From a virus, in IMG/VR virus record IMGVR_UViG_3300028115_000009, positions 23,573-87,572 of that record: DNA of 64,000 bases; one strand, given 5' to 3'. Under the pieces are notes generated by a model. That model saw nothing but the letters and a program-made list of their open reading frames with translations, had not been told where the DNA came from and ran no database searches. Of the stretch, positions 54,201 through 62,618 are shown piece by piece (positions within the stretch are counted from its first letter, which is position 1; each line of letters opens with the position of its first letter). The position numbers and the translations under genes are program-made.

Positions 54201-56152
54201 AGTGATTCAACGTCACCTGTATCAATAGTTAAACTTGTATTACCAGTTTCTAAATCAATAAAGAAGTTGTTACCGACTCTAAAGTTACCTAACTGATCAG
54301 TACTAACATAATGTACCCTACCGGTGTTTAATTCAACAGTTTCGTTAGCTTGAATAACTGTTGATTGATCATTAGTAGTACTTGTGCCTGCACCGATGTA
54401 TGCAAAGTTATGCTGTATTAGATACATCAATGTATCAGCACCGTCTGCTACTGCACCGTATGTTCCGTATACGTTTGCTGATCCAATTGAACGTAGTTCT
54501 GCACCGTAATGTACTGTGCTTCCGTCTTCTGACGTTCTACCAGTTACACCTGCAAACGCATACAACCCTCTGTTAGCAAAGTAAGTAAAACTGTTAAGCC
54601 ATTCTACTCTAACGCCATTAGTCATATTAATAACATCTGCGTTAGGAGCAATAAATGTACAACTATGGAATAGCATCGTAGCTAACGTACTTGCTGTATT
54701 AAGTTCTGAACCGTCTATCCATGCGCCACGACCAGCATCTCCTACGCCTTCACTTGTTTCTTGTGTAATTACAGTTACGTTTTGAACGTATGGCGAGCGA
54801 TCACTTATAATTGTATTTGGTGCAAATCTAAATGCATAACCTGTGTTATTTCCGCTGTCGTAATAAAAGTTTTTAATAGTTAAGTCAGACACTGTGCTGT
54901 TATTAGACAGGTGGAATACATCTTCACTCTGGCTACTTGTGTCCGGAACAATGACACAGTTTCTTATGTCTTCGCCGACAATACTGACATTGTTTGGAAC
55001 AACTAACGGAAGTGCTTCTTGGTATTCACCCGGAGTAACATAAATGACAAATGGTTGTCCATCGCTAGAATCTGCTGCTTGTAATGCTCTGCCTATAGTA
55101 GCAAACGGACTTAATACATGATCGCCTTTATTTGCATCATCTCCGTTTTGTGAAACATATAATTTTCCACCGTTTCGAAAGTCAATATCAATGCCGCCAA
55201 CTGCTAGTGCTGCAACATTTACTGCGGTTCCATTGAGTAAGTTAGTATATAATGTATCCCAACGCTTTTCTTCAGAACCTATGTTATAGGTATTGCGTTG
55301 ATCAGGAATGATATTTGAAGTAACTACTGCATTAAAATCTACGGTATCAAGTGCTTGGTTACCTAATGTGATAGTACCATCAAAAGTAATATCACCTTGA
55401 GCGTGTATATTTCCAAATACATTTAAATCATTAATAATTTCTGTTGTTTTATAAGTTATAGGCCTAATTGTAATAGAGTTATCCCACCATCCTGCTACAA
55501 AATTTGGAATAGTTGGAGCATCGATATTCATAACATCTCGATAAACAAGAGAATCTTCCCATGATAAGACAGTAAACGGATAATCAACACCGCTAAATGT
55601 TATAATACCAATGTCGCCTGGCTCAAATGTTTGTATTGCTTGCCAAGTAGCACTTGTTGGTTCCCCTGTTCCTATATACTGATTTGGTAATACTTTTTGT
55701 ACAAATGCCTCGCCGCCACTGAATGTACTTGTAACTACGCCGTCGTTTGGCGGAAGGCCTGCGCCAAACGGTTTTAAATCAACATCAGCATTTGATTCTA
55801 TTGTACTAATAATATTATCGCTAATACGAATAGTGCCGTTTTCCATATTAGCCATTACTATAGCATCGGCAGCATTTAAATAAATGTCGCCAACTAACAC
55901 ACCTAATGTATTATTTTCAATTGTATAGTTTGCTATTGAATTAGTTGTAGATACTAGATTTGTAGACCTAGCAGTTCCATTAACTTCTAATTCGTACCCT
56001 GTTGTACTTTTATTAATACCTATCTTGCCGCTGTTTACATCAAGATAAAGTAGCTGAGTAGTCGATAGGTTATTTCTAAACGCAAGATTAATACCATTGC
56101 GCTCAAGGTTTGCTGTTAATAATGGTCCGGATATTCTACCGACTTGTGCCAT
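51278..56152 (-). CDS. Large tail fibre/baseplate-associated protein (1624 aa) with inserted CBM-like and dockerin-like segments
   Basis: MAQVGRISGPLL start, the same repeat types as 47124-51134; TATAAATA at 56179-56172. Confidence 0.75.
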   Translation of the reverse strand: MAQVGRISGPLLTANLERNGINLAFRNNLSTTQLLYLDVNSGKIGINKSTTGYELEVNGTARSTNLVSTTNSIANYTIENNTLGVLVGDIYLNAADAIVMANMENGTIRISDNIISTIESNADVDLKPFGAGLPPNDGVVTSTFSGGEAFVQKVLPNQYIGTGEPTSATWQAIQTFEPGDIGIITFSGVDYPFTVLSWEDSLVYRDVMNIDAPTIPNFVAGWWDNSITIRPITYKTTEIINDLNVFGNIHAQGDITFDGTITLGNQALDTVDFNAVVTSNIIPDQRNTYNIGSEEKRWDTLYTNLLNGTAVNVAALAVGGIDIDFRNGGKLYVSQNGDDANKGDHVLSPFATIGRALQAADSSDGQPFVIYVTPGEYQEALPLVVPNNVSIVGEDIRNCVIVPDTSSQSEDVFHLSNNSTVSDLTIKNFYYDSGNNTGYAFRFAPNTIISDRSPYVQNVTVITQETSEGVGDAGRGAWIDGSELNTASTLATMLFHSCTFIAPNADVINMTNGVRVEWLNSFTYFANRGLYAFAGVTGRTSEDGSTVHYGAELRSIGSANVYGTYGAVADGADTLMYLIQHNFAYIGAGTSTTNDQSTVIQANETVELNTGRVHYVSTDQLGNFRVGNNFFIDLETGNTSLTIDTGDVESLSGLVINTSGQSTVINGNIVNTGNIEILNNDILTVSGDLELSGGSNTINFNDNTLITNNLVIRDNFSFGGTLNLAGNQATDTVDFNVNFEQNFNPHQTLVHDLGTEVKQWNNVYLGRMQAGNITSDENYITSDESNANLELRANGTGTILIPTNNVVIDNDLTVVKQTTLKDSFISYQYGPELIVNGTFDSNLVGWSQTGGGSATAIDGNLRIIATGSARNISQVVSVEAGKTYDFTTTFRSAANANAFYLRIFESGVGTLFEWNESSGLVADQILTASFEPVGSAISIIFRAVDNIVEWDVVSLIEDIGLVETITPLQVNITGNTVQTGDISQTGDISQTGNTIVTGNLTVSNEATLSSFNFNDNVLRNIREDLRLNPNDPYDPLSIPQIVKDMQLNGATADDYAEQTEKNLINFLANGTSVPYAYSYIDVNASGTLTSADSLAWLQYVANGTTNNTTFDEFLYPIVEQLLEDEYANPGKYNSNLFLGDYYRADFIMQANGTGNVSFPANDVRVTNDLFVSSIIANDITVIQDLDLNDIVITDSIIQIDDNFVSTTISNENLELRADRNVVVPANNVTIDTDLTVNRNTDIDDLIVIGTVTQTGDRNQTGNLNVIGNVTVSSTNIESEIQFDDILFNDNYIETTESNADLDLRANGTGILSVPDNNVQVIDNVYLGTLNSVNINTIQSLSAEEFELSSNIKLYDNVITTTNSNSNLELRSLDSRITLENFRFKDTNLQTTSTNITFAVNGNLIIAATGAINLPAGTTEQRQVANNRIRFNTTDNVFEAFNNSKVLSFNGVYSANRRTNVLTHPTNDIINFTINQVAVGNVDADGISIHGLDVDDILIQTNNIRTNVSNSNLELRANGTGKLALYSTTITSNSIQNNNAGALILKNTGYGKVKFNVQTGVVIPYGTTAEQQTVSPEVGLTRWNTQEQILETWDGNTYISAAGSSATISEAEMNDLILEYTLIFG
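53178..53222. repeat. In-frame 18-bp tandem repeat (2.5 copies, encoding QTGDIS)
   Basis: ccagtttgtgatatatct x2 followed by ccagtttgt. Confidence 0.85.
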
Positions 56153-56182
56153 GCCCTACTCCTATATGTAGTATTTATAGGA

Positions 56183-56716
56183 TTACTTGTCGAAGTTGTG
56201 TAGTACTGTTATTGGTTTATCTAAATCAGGAGCAGATGTAAATTTAATATACCATCCGTCTGCGTATGGTGCATTAGGACCGGCTAAACTTCCTGACACA
56301 CTTTGTTCTAATGTATAGTTAGTAGTTGCAAGTTGAAAAACGTTTTCTACTAAAACTAATACGTTTTGTGCTGCTGCTGGCACTGGGTAATCTGCATCTC
56401 CGCTAGCAAGTGGCCCGAATACAGTTTCGTCGGCATCACCATTGCCTAAATTTTGTTGTACAATTCCTGGATCTTGATTTGGCTCTTTAAAACGTAGTTC
56501 TCTCCAAGCGCCATTTTGATATGCTTCAAATTGTTCATCAGTTGTATTGTATCTTAAATGCCCATTATTAGGTGATGACGGACGTTCTGCTAATGTACCT
56601 TTCGGTACTAGCATAACATTAGTTGATTCAAGTATTACTTGATCATTTATATCATATTTTACTCCGCGTCCTAAGACACTGCGTAAATTTGTTGTCTGGG
56701 CTTTAATTAATCTCAT
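56183..56716 (-). CDS. Virion structural protein (fibre-type module)
   Basis: VPKGTLAERP...GHLRYNT..EQFEAY.NGAW module; VLVENVFQ...Y...IKFTSAP domain. Confidence 0.65.
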   Translation of the reverse strand: MRLIKAQTTNLRSVLGRGVKYDINDQVILESTNVMLVPKGTLAERPSSPNNGHLRYNTTDEQFEAYQNGAWRELRFKEPNQDPGIVQQNLGNGDADETVFGPLASGDADYPVPAAAQNVLVLVENVFQLATTNYTLEQSVSGSLAGPNAPYADGWYIKFTSAPDLDKPITVLHNFDK

Positions 56717-57066
56717 TATACTTCCAAATAACTTATTGTTGCTGCTAAGTCAGTTAAACTGCTGCCTATGTCTGGACTTGCTACAAATACAATAGCATCT
56801 CCTGCTTCAAGTACAATTCTTTCGCTATCAAAAGTAAATGTTTCTGCTGCCGGTAATGTTAAATTATTAATTACTCGTGTAACTTTATTATTTAAAGAAC
56901 TTCCATCAGGTATTAAATGCATGTCAAAATTTGCATCAGCTGAACCTGTATTACATACTAAAATGTTTGTAATTGCATAGCTCTTTCCTGCCGGTACGCC
57001 TTGACTGCTTGCTTGATCAATAATATCTAATGCAGTTGTCTTTAATTGTGCGTTTACTATTGCCAT
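56716..57066 (-). CDS. Small virion protein (about 110-aa family)
   Basis: VPAGKSYAITNILVCNT...LPAAETFTFDSERIVLEAGD...SYLEV. Confidence 0.6.
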   Translation of the reverse strand: MAIVNAQLKTTALDIIDQASSQGVPAGKSYAITNILVCNTGSADANFDMHLIPDGSSLNNKVTRVINNLTLPAAETFTFDSERIVLEAGDAIVFVASPDIGSSLTDLAATISYLEV

Positions 57067-57075
57067 TTGTTTTCC

Positions 57076-58107
57076 TTAAAAAAGCATACTAAAAAGTAAT
57101 GCTCTATTTTTACTTATTATTTCGTCTGTTTTGTTATCTTCATTTACAAAGTATAAACCAGAGCCTCCAGTACTTTCAGTTGTAGAATATAACTTAATTC
57201 CACTGTCAGGTGCAACTGCTGTAGGTAATCCAACATCATCATCGTACGGAGTTGCTGTAATTTCTAGTGCATCTTTCACTACAACACTTTGCGGGCCATT
57301 GGCACTTAAAATCAAATCTTTATTAGTGTCAGTAGTAGTAATTAAATTATCAATAATTTCAATACTGTTTAACGAAAGTCTGTTTGTATAAAAATTAGCT
57401 GTCTCTATTCCATCAACAGTTACTCTAATTCTGCTTTCGCCTAATCCGGCACCAACATCTAAAACTGCAACTTCTGAATCATTTTGTGCAATATTATCAT
57501 CGTTGTATATTGACAATTCATAAGCAACATAATCTTGTACACCTTTGGCATTCGGAATAAAGTCGTTATTTAAAATTACACCACTTCCTGAATCAGTTAT
57601 TACTCCTGCAACATAATTGTAAACGTTTTCTTCGTAATCAACTGTACCAGCTACATTAATTGCACTGTTAGGAGTTGTTATGTACAACGGTCCTTCTGCA
57701 TTAATGCTATTAACATTAAGTGGAAGAAATGCACCAGTTTCGTCTTCCAACCTAAATGCTCCATTGCCGCTGCTTCCGCCAGCAACATACGGACTTTGTT
57801 CATCAAATACTAATCTTGCTGTAGGTAAACTACCGCGATCTATTTCGATGCCAGCTTTATAGTCGAAGCTGGCACGTATTCCAGCACCAGCTTCTCCTTC
57901 GTTTAGTGTTAGTATGTTATCAGCAATAGTAGTAACAGTAGACTCTACAGTAGTTGTAGTGCCTCTAACTTCTAAGTCGCCAGTAATTACAACAACTCCT
58001 CTAGGAGTTATTGCGCCACTAGTAGTATCTAAGTAGATAGTTCCGGTATCACCGTTATCTACTATGATTCTATAGTCACCGTCTGTTACTCTTAATACCT
58101 TTGACAT
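57076..58107 (-). CDS. Virion structural/fibre-like protein
   Basis: ITGDLEVRGTTTTVES...DNILTLN...AGIEIDRG motif; hydrophobic C-terminus NRALLFSMLF. Confidence 0.65.
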   Translation of the reverse strand: MSKVLRVTDGDYRIIVDNGDTGTIYLDTTSGAITPRGVVVITGDLEVRGTTTTVESTVTTIADNILTLNEGEAGAGIRASFDYKAGIEIDRGSLPTARLVFDEQSPYVAGGSSGNGAFRLEDETGAFLPLNVNSINAEGPLYITTPNSAINVAGTVDYEENVYNYVAGVITDSGSGVILNNDFIPNAKGVQDYVAYELSIYNDDNIAQNDSEVAVLDVGAGLGESRIRVTVDGIETANFYTNRLSLNSIEIIDNLITTTDTNKDLILSANGPQSVVVKDALEITATPYDDDVGLPTAVAPDSGIKLYSTTESTGGSGLYFVNEDNKTDEIISKNRALLFSMLF

Positions 58108-58122
58108 ACTATTATCCTAAAA

Positions 58123-58524
58123 TTAGATAGCTGTTAGAACAATATAATCGCTTGAACTATCGTTTTCTAATACCCATTTGTAACGGTTGCCGCTGAAGTC
58201 AGTAGCTACACGTTTAGTAATTTTTCTAATCGGAGTAGGTGCTGATCCATTACCATCTACATATCCATTGATGCGCATTTGGCCTTCTGCTGTTGGAACT
58301 GTAGCTTGTAATACACAAGTACCTAAGTCGCCATCTTGGTTAGCAACTACAAAAGTTTTTGCGCCGCGTTGCTTAACAATATAAGCAAAGTTTGTTGTTG
58401 TGTTATATGTTGCATCAGTGTATGCTTGATCAGTATATGCTTCTACGCGAATACCAGTTGCTGTGCTTAGTGGTGTACCAATAGCGTCTGTGCCAAGTAC
58501 ATCTTTCTTTAGTGGACGTCCCAT
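58123..58524 (-). CDS. Hypothetical protein downstream of the capsid gene (start reassigned to 58524, MGRPLKK)
   Basis: Strong SD AAGGAG 6 nt upstream; has its own TAAATA promoter core at 58619-58614. Confidence 0.7.
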   Translation of the reverse strand: MGRPLKKDVLGTDAIGTPLSTATGIRVEAYTDQAYTDATYNTTTNFAYIVKQRGAKTFVVANQDGDLGTCVLQATVPTAEGQMRINGYVDGNGSAPTPIRKITKRVATDFSGNRYKWVLENDSSSDYIVLTAI

Positions 58525-58530
58525 TTGTTT

Positions 58531-58613
58531 CTCCTTATAAAACGTTCTAGGTCTACGCAGTGGGTCAGTTCTGCATAAGTCTATCATTTCGATAGCACGA
58601 TTTACGACATAAG
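58531..58613 (-). ncRNA. Candidate three-way-junction 5' leader RNA overlapping the SD
   Basis: Predicted pairings CUUAUG/UAUAAG, CGU/ACG, CUAUC/GAUAG and UUAUGCAG/CUGCGUAG between promoter and SD. Confidence 0.5.
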
Positions 58614-58640
58614 TATTTATCAAAGTTTACTCAAGTCATA

Positions 58641-58666
58641 AAAATAGGCCCCGAAGGGCCTATTTT
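58641..58666 (-). terminator. Intrinsic terminator after the major capsid gene
   Basis: AAAATAGGCCC-TTCG-GGGCCTATTTT perfect stem with a C(UUCG)G loop and U tract. Confidence 0.9.
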
Positions 58667-58681
58667 AGTTTCAGTAATAAA

Positions 58682-59860
58682 TTACTGGAATGATACGCTT
58701 GCGTAAGCAGTCATACCAACTTTAGCTAGGTAATCAGCAGCATTGCCAAGTGACGATGCTGTGTTGTTTAGCTCAACATAACCATAACGTGTCATGAATG
58801 ATACGACTGGTTCGAATGTTGCTGGATCTAGTACAACACCTGAAGACATTAGCGGGATGTATGGGCAGTAGAATGCCGCTGCATCTGACTCGCTAGCACC
58901 TTTGTAACCGATAAGTACGTCAGCACTATCAGCAGCATATGTGTTAACATAAACTTTCATAGCGTTGTTCAATGTACCAACCATCTTAGTGTTAGTTGGA
59001 GCTTCGAATGTACCTTCAGTAGTACGAGCAAACGCTGAAGTAGTTGCAGATTGTAGGATTGTTAACGCGAATGGCGATACAACAGCCCAGTTACCTGCGC
59101 CACGACGTGTGCGCTGTGCAATCTTGTTTGCTTCACGGTTGATTAGAACAGCTAGTGCAGCATGCTCGTCACCAACGAAAGTAGCAGTACCAGAAACAGT
59201 AGATTGATCATACTGTGAACCAGCTGTACCAGCAAGAGTGCTTAGTGAACCAAGAACTTCTTGGTCGATTTCAGCAGTAATCTCTTGAGCAAGTGCTGCC
59301 ATGATTTCTGCTTCAACGTCAATACCGTGCATTGACTGTGCATCCTGAGCAGCTTCAAAAGTCCAACGAGCTGATAGCTTGCGTGACTTAGCTTCTACAG
59401 TTTGCTTCAAGATCTGGATGCTTAGTTTATTACCAGCAGCACCTTCTAGTGCAGCAGTTGCGGCTGCTTTACCAGTTGAAGTGTTACCTGAATATGCTTC
59501 AGCAATCTTGAATGGGCTTAGTGCCTCTTCACCAGCTACGGCGCCTGATGCACCTGAGCCAGCTGTGTCGCTATAGCGAACACGTAGTGTGTGGATTTGA
59601 CCCACTGGACCAGTCATAGGCTGAACACCAACTAACTCGTTAGCAATAACGGTTGGCATTACACGTCTAATGACAGGTAAAATAACTCTGTTAAGAGTTG
59701 CGACATTACCGGCTGATGTTGCACCTGCAGTTGCACTCTCTGAAAGATACTTGCGAGTATTTTCCAAAGTAGTTGCCATTACAGATTTCTTAGTGCCACT
59801 TAGGCCTTCGAGTAGTGCGCTTTTTGTATCAGACCAGCGGCTTTCTAGTAGTTCCGACAT
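58682..59860 (-). CDS. gp23: Major capsid protein (T4 gp23-like)
   Basis: VIRRVMPTVIANELVGVQPMTGPVGQIHTLR, VEAKSRKLSARWTFEAAQD, EITAEIDQE, AFYCPYIPL, FMTRYG. Confidence 0.96.
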   Translation of the reverse strand: MSELLESRWSDTKSALLEGLSGTKKSVMATTLENTRKYLSESATAGATSAGNVATLNRVILPVIRRVMPTVIANELVGVQPMTGPVGQIHTLRVRYSDTAGSGASGAVAGEEALSPFKIAEAYSGNTSTGKAAATAALEGAAGNKLSIQILKQTVEAKSRKLSARWTFEAAQDAQSMHGIDVEAEIMAALAQEITAEIDQEVLGSLSTLAGTAGSQYDQSTVSGTATFVGDEHAALAVLINREANKIAQRTRRGAGNWAVVSPFALTILQSATTSAFARTTEGTFEAPTNTKMVGTLNNAMKVYVNTYAADSADVLIGYKGASESDAAAFYCPYIPLMSSGVVLDPATFEPVVSFMTRYGYVELNNTASSLGNAADYLAKVGMTAYASVSFQ

Positions 59861-59870
59861 AGTTTTCTCC

Positions 59871-60962
59871 TTATTTTAAACCAGCTAAACGTCTAATGTC
59901 AACGACATTATCATCTTGCATTGAACTAACGTTAATTTGTGTATCTCTGTTGCCTGTGATTTCTTTTGCCTCTGATAAGACTGCCTTCTTTGCCGGAGTA
60001 TGTCCATCAATAACTGATGGTAGGTACTTGTCAAAAGACTTTTGAAGTCTATCGGTTTGTACTGATTCCAGTAAATCTGTCATGATTTCTCTTTGACCTT
60101 TATTCAAAGGTGCTAAGAGTTCATTAAGTCTGTTTTTGCGTTCAGCAATAGCTGTTATACGCTTAATTTCGGCTTCTTTAGATTCTGCTAATACTTTTGC
60201 TTTAGTAGCAAATGCTTTAGCTTCAGCTAACTGCTTGTCTTTCATAGCAACAACTTGCATTAATTTTGCAGTTTCTGAATTTTCGTTCAGATGGCTTGTT
60301 GCATATTCTGAAGCAAATGCTTCGAACAATTTACGACCGAAATCGTTTCTACGTGCTTCTTCAATATCTTCTTTAAGCTGAGTCATTTCTCCCTTAAGAG
60401 TTGATTCAACAATAGCAGATACTTTAGCTGCACTCTTTGCGATAAAAGTTTGTTTAACTTCTGCAAATTTTGTTTTAGCTTCTTTAATAAGTTTTACCTT
60501 AGTTTCAGCTAAGTCTTTTTTGTCTTCGTGGAATTCTGCAATTTCTTTTGCAAGTGCATCGACGATGAAATTCTCAAGCATGCTAAACTTGCTAGCAATT
60601 GCCTTTTGATCTTCATGCAATTCAGAAACTTCTTTTGCTAGTGACTCAGTAACAAAGCGCTTCATTAGGTCTGCGTTTTCACGCATAGCTACTGCATACT
60701 TTGCTTTTGCTTCTGCTAGTTGTTTGCGATCTTCTGCAAACTCAGCAATTTCTTCTGCAAGACGCTCAGAAAGCATAGAGTCGATAGCTTCAACCATAGT
60801 TGACTTATCATGCTCATACTTCTTTGCAAATTCTTCACGTAACTCAGCAGTTACCTGCATTTTGTTTTCTTGAATCTTTGCATTCCATGCGCCTTCGATG
60901 TCTGCACGTACTTCTTCTGATACTACATCATTTTCGAAAAGTGTTTTAAGTGCTTCCAACAT
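59871..60962 (-). CDS. gp22: Prohead core scaffold protein (T4 gp22-like)
   Basis: Long Glu/Lys-rich coiled coil between gp21 and gp23; many (L/I)xE sites. Confidence 0.82.
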   Translation of the reverse strand: MLEALKTLFENDVVSEEVRADIEGAWNAKIQENKMQVTAELREEFAKKYEHDKSTMVEAIDSMLSERLAEEIAEFAEDRKQLAEAKAKYAVAMRENADLMKRFVTESLAKEVSELHEDQKAIASKFSMLENFIVDALAKEIAEFHEDKKDLAETKVKLIKEAKTKFAEVKQTFIAKSAAKVSAIVESTLKGEMTQLKEDIEEARRNDFGRKLFEAFASEYATSHLNENSETAKLMQVVAMKDKQLAEAKAFATKAKVLAESKEAEIKRITAIAERKNRLNELLAPLNKGQREIMTDLLESVQTDRLQKSFDKYLPSVIDGHTPAKKAVLSEAKEITGNRDTQINVSSMQDDNVVDIRRLAGLK

Positions 60963-60975
60963 ATTTTGTCTCCTT

Positions 60976-61599
60976 TTATTGGAGTCGACTGATTATATTA
61001 ATCAGCGATTCTTTTAAGTACTTCTGTGCCTTAGTGTCGTGTTTTGTTGCCTGTGCTAATTCATATGCCTTATACCCTCCACGAGCATTCATAAGATGCT
61101 CATAGATTGGTGTAGGATATGCTCCAGGGGCGCTAGGCTGGGCCACGACGTCCACTGTGATAATTTCGAAGTCGCTAACGTTACCGCTACCGTCTTCACT
61201 AACATTTCCAGATCCACGTGATGAAACACCTAGTTTCACACCGCTTTCAAGCATAGTGCGAACTAGGTTTCCCATTGGAGTTGGTAATATCTTTAGTTTT
61301 CCGTAACCGTTTGGGCCATCCATCCAGCATTCGCTGATCATATGACTTACACGATCCAAGTTAATGTTAAGACCTTCTGGATGATCAACTTCACCGAGTA
61401 CACTGTATCCACCCTCGATTTGTTCGCTGAGAGTTTTGACAGCCCTGCCAATTTCATTCACAGGATACACACGCTGGTTAGCGTTGCGTACTCCGCCCTG
61501 TATACAAATGCCCTTCATATACAGGTCTTTTCCTTCGTTAGCAGACTCAACGACAATTTTCGCTTGGTCGAAACTTAGGTGTTCTCGTAAGTTTTTCAT
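60976..61599 (-). CDS. gp21: Prohead protease (T4 gp21-like)
   Basis: NANQRVYP, LGEVDHP, DRVSH, LPTPMG, GVSSRGSG, DVVAQPSAPGAY. Confidence 0.95.
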   Translation of the reverse strand: MKNLREHLSFDQAKIVVESANEGKDLYMKGICIQGGVRNANQRVYPVNEIGRAVKTLSEQIEGGYSVLGEVDHPEGLNINLDRVSHMISECWMDGPNGYGKLKILPTPMGNLVRTMLESGVKLGVSSRGSGNVSEDGSGNVSDFEIITVDVVAQPSAPGAYPTPIYEHLMNARGGYKAYELAQATKHDTKAQKYLKESLINIISRLQ

Positions 61600-61613
61600 T
61601 CAAACTTCCTTAC

Positions 61614-62522
61614 TTATTTGCCGACGATAGATTTTTTATTGTCAGCAGTCTCTGGCTTGCCCTTTTTCTCAGCGCCGTGGCCAGGTTGTGATGCTGTTTT
61701 AGTAGCACCTTTAGCGCCAGGAACATTTACGTTTCCAGCGTTATCTTCTTTAGCAGTAGGAGCAGCTAGTCCACCTTTAGTGCCTTCGCCTTTGCTTACG
61801 CCTGCTTTTGCGATGTTAGCAGTTGTACCGCCCATGTCGTTTTTACCAGCAACAGTTGACTTAGTGTTAGCACCGTTGTCGCCCATTTTAGCAGTTACTT
61901 TTTCAACATACTCGCGCATTTGCTCGCCTGCTGTTTTAGGAGTCTTTGACTCTTCAACTTCTTCATCAGCTGCTTCAAAGTTAAATGATTCTTCTTCTGG
62001 CTCTTCTTCGCCTTCGTCTTCTTCACCTTCTTCGTCGCCCATGTCCATGTCCATGTCGCCGTGCTCTTCTTCACCAGCTTCACCAGCCATCATAGCTTCA
62101 AATTCTGCTTTTAATTCTTCAAGTGCGTCTTCTAGGTCTTCAACACGATCTTCCATGTCGCCTTCTTCGCCTTCTTCGTCGCCCATGTCCATATCTGAAC
62201 CCATGTCGTCAGCAGCAGGCGGCTGCATGTCGCCCATCATTGCGTCCATTGGATCTGCTTCAACTTCAAATTCGTCTAGGTTAAAATCTTCGTCGAGCTC
62301 TGCGTCATCTTCTGACTCGTCGACTTCTTCGTCGTCTGCTTCATCAACTTCTTCATCAGTTGACTCTTCAACTTCGTCATCTTCTAGATCTGATTCTAGT
62401 AGTGATTCGTAAATATCACGAGACTTTTCAACTACAATCTCGTGGAATAATTCTTCTGCGCCTGCTTTGTCTTCATTGACAAGTTTTTCAAGCATCTGTT
62501 CAAACTTATTTAAATCTGCCAT
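61614..62522 (-). CDS. Highly acidic prohead core protein (gp67/68-like position)
   Basis: N-terminal AEELFHEIVVEKSRDIYE, D/E-rich middle, basic G/K-rich tail; upstream of gp21 with TAAATA at 62572-62567. Confidence 0.65.
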   Translation of the reverse strand: MADLNKFEQMLEKLVNEDKAGAEELFHEIVVEKSRDIYESLLESDLEDDEVEESTDEEVDEADDEEVDESEDDAELDEDFNLDEFEVEADPMDAMMGDMQPPAADDMGSDMDMGDEEGEEGDMEDRVEDLEDALEELKAEFEAMMAGEAGEEEHGDMDMDMGDEEGEEDEGEEEPEEESFNFEAADEEVEESKTPKTAGEQMREYVEKVTAKMGDNGANTKSTVAGKNDMGGTTANIAKAGVSKGEGTKGGLAAPTAKEDNAGNVNVPGAKGATKTASQPGHGAEKKGKPETADNKKSIVGK

Positions 62523-62618
62523 TTTTTTCTCCTATAAATGTGTACCTATGGTAAGGCTGTCACTTGTATTTACTATATATAAGAAATATGGTATGATAAT
62601 AGGCTCAAAACGAGCCAT

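Noticed and set aside
58531-58613. Hammerhead ribozyme in the leader (contains CUGA and GAAA)
   Set aside because: The CUGANGA core is absent (CUGACCCA) and both elements fall in hairpin loops rather than the junction.
25233-62412. Many plus-strand ORFs antisense to structural genes (e.g. 25830-26408, 37964-38626, 47428-48168, 61618-62412)
   Set aside because: Expected from codon bias of long minus-strand genes; no independent promoter, SD or recognisable motifs.
62602-62616. GGCTC-aaaac-GAGCC hairpin as a terminator after the Maf-like gene
   Set aside because: Only a 5-bp stem with no convincing U tract on the coding strand.
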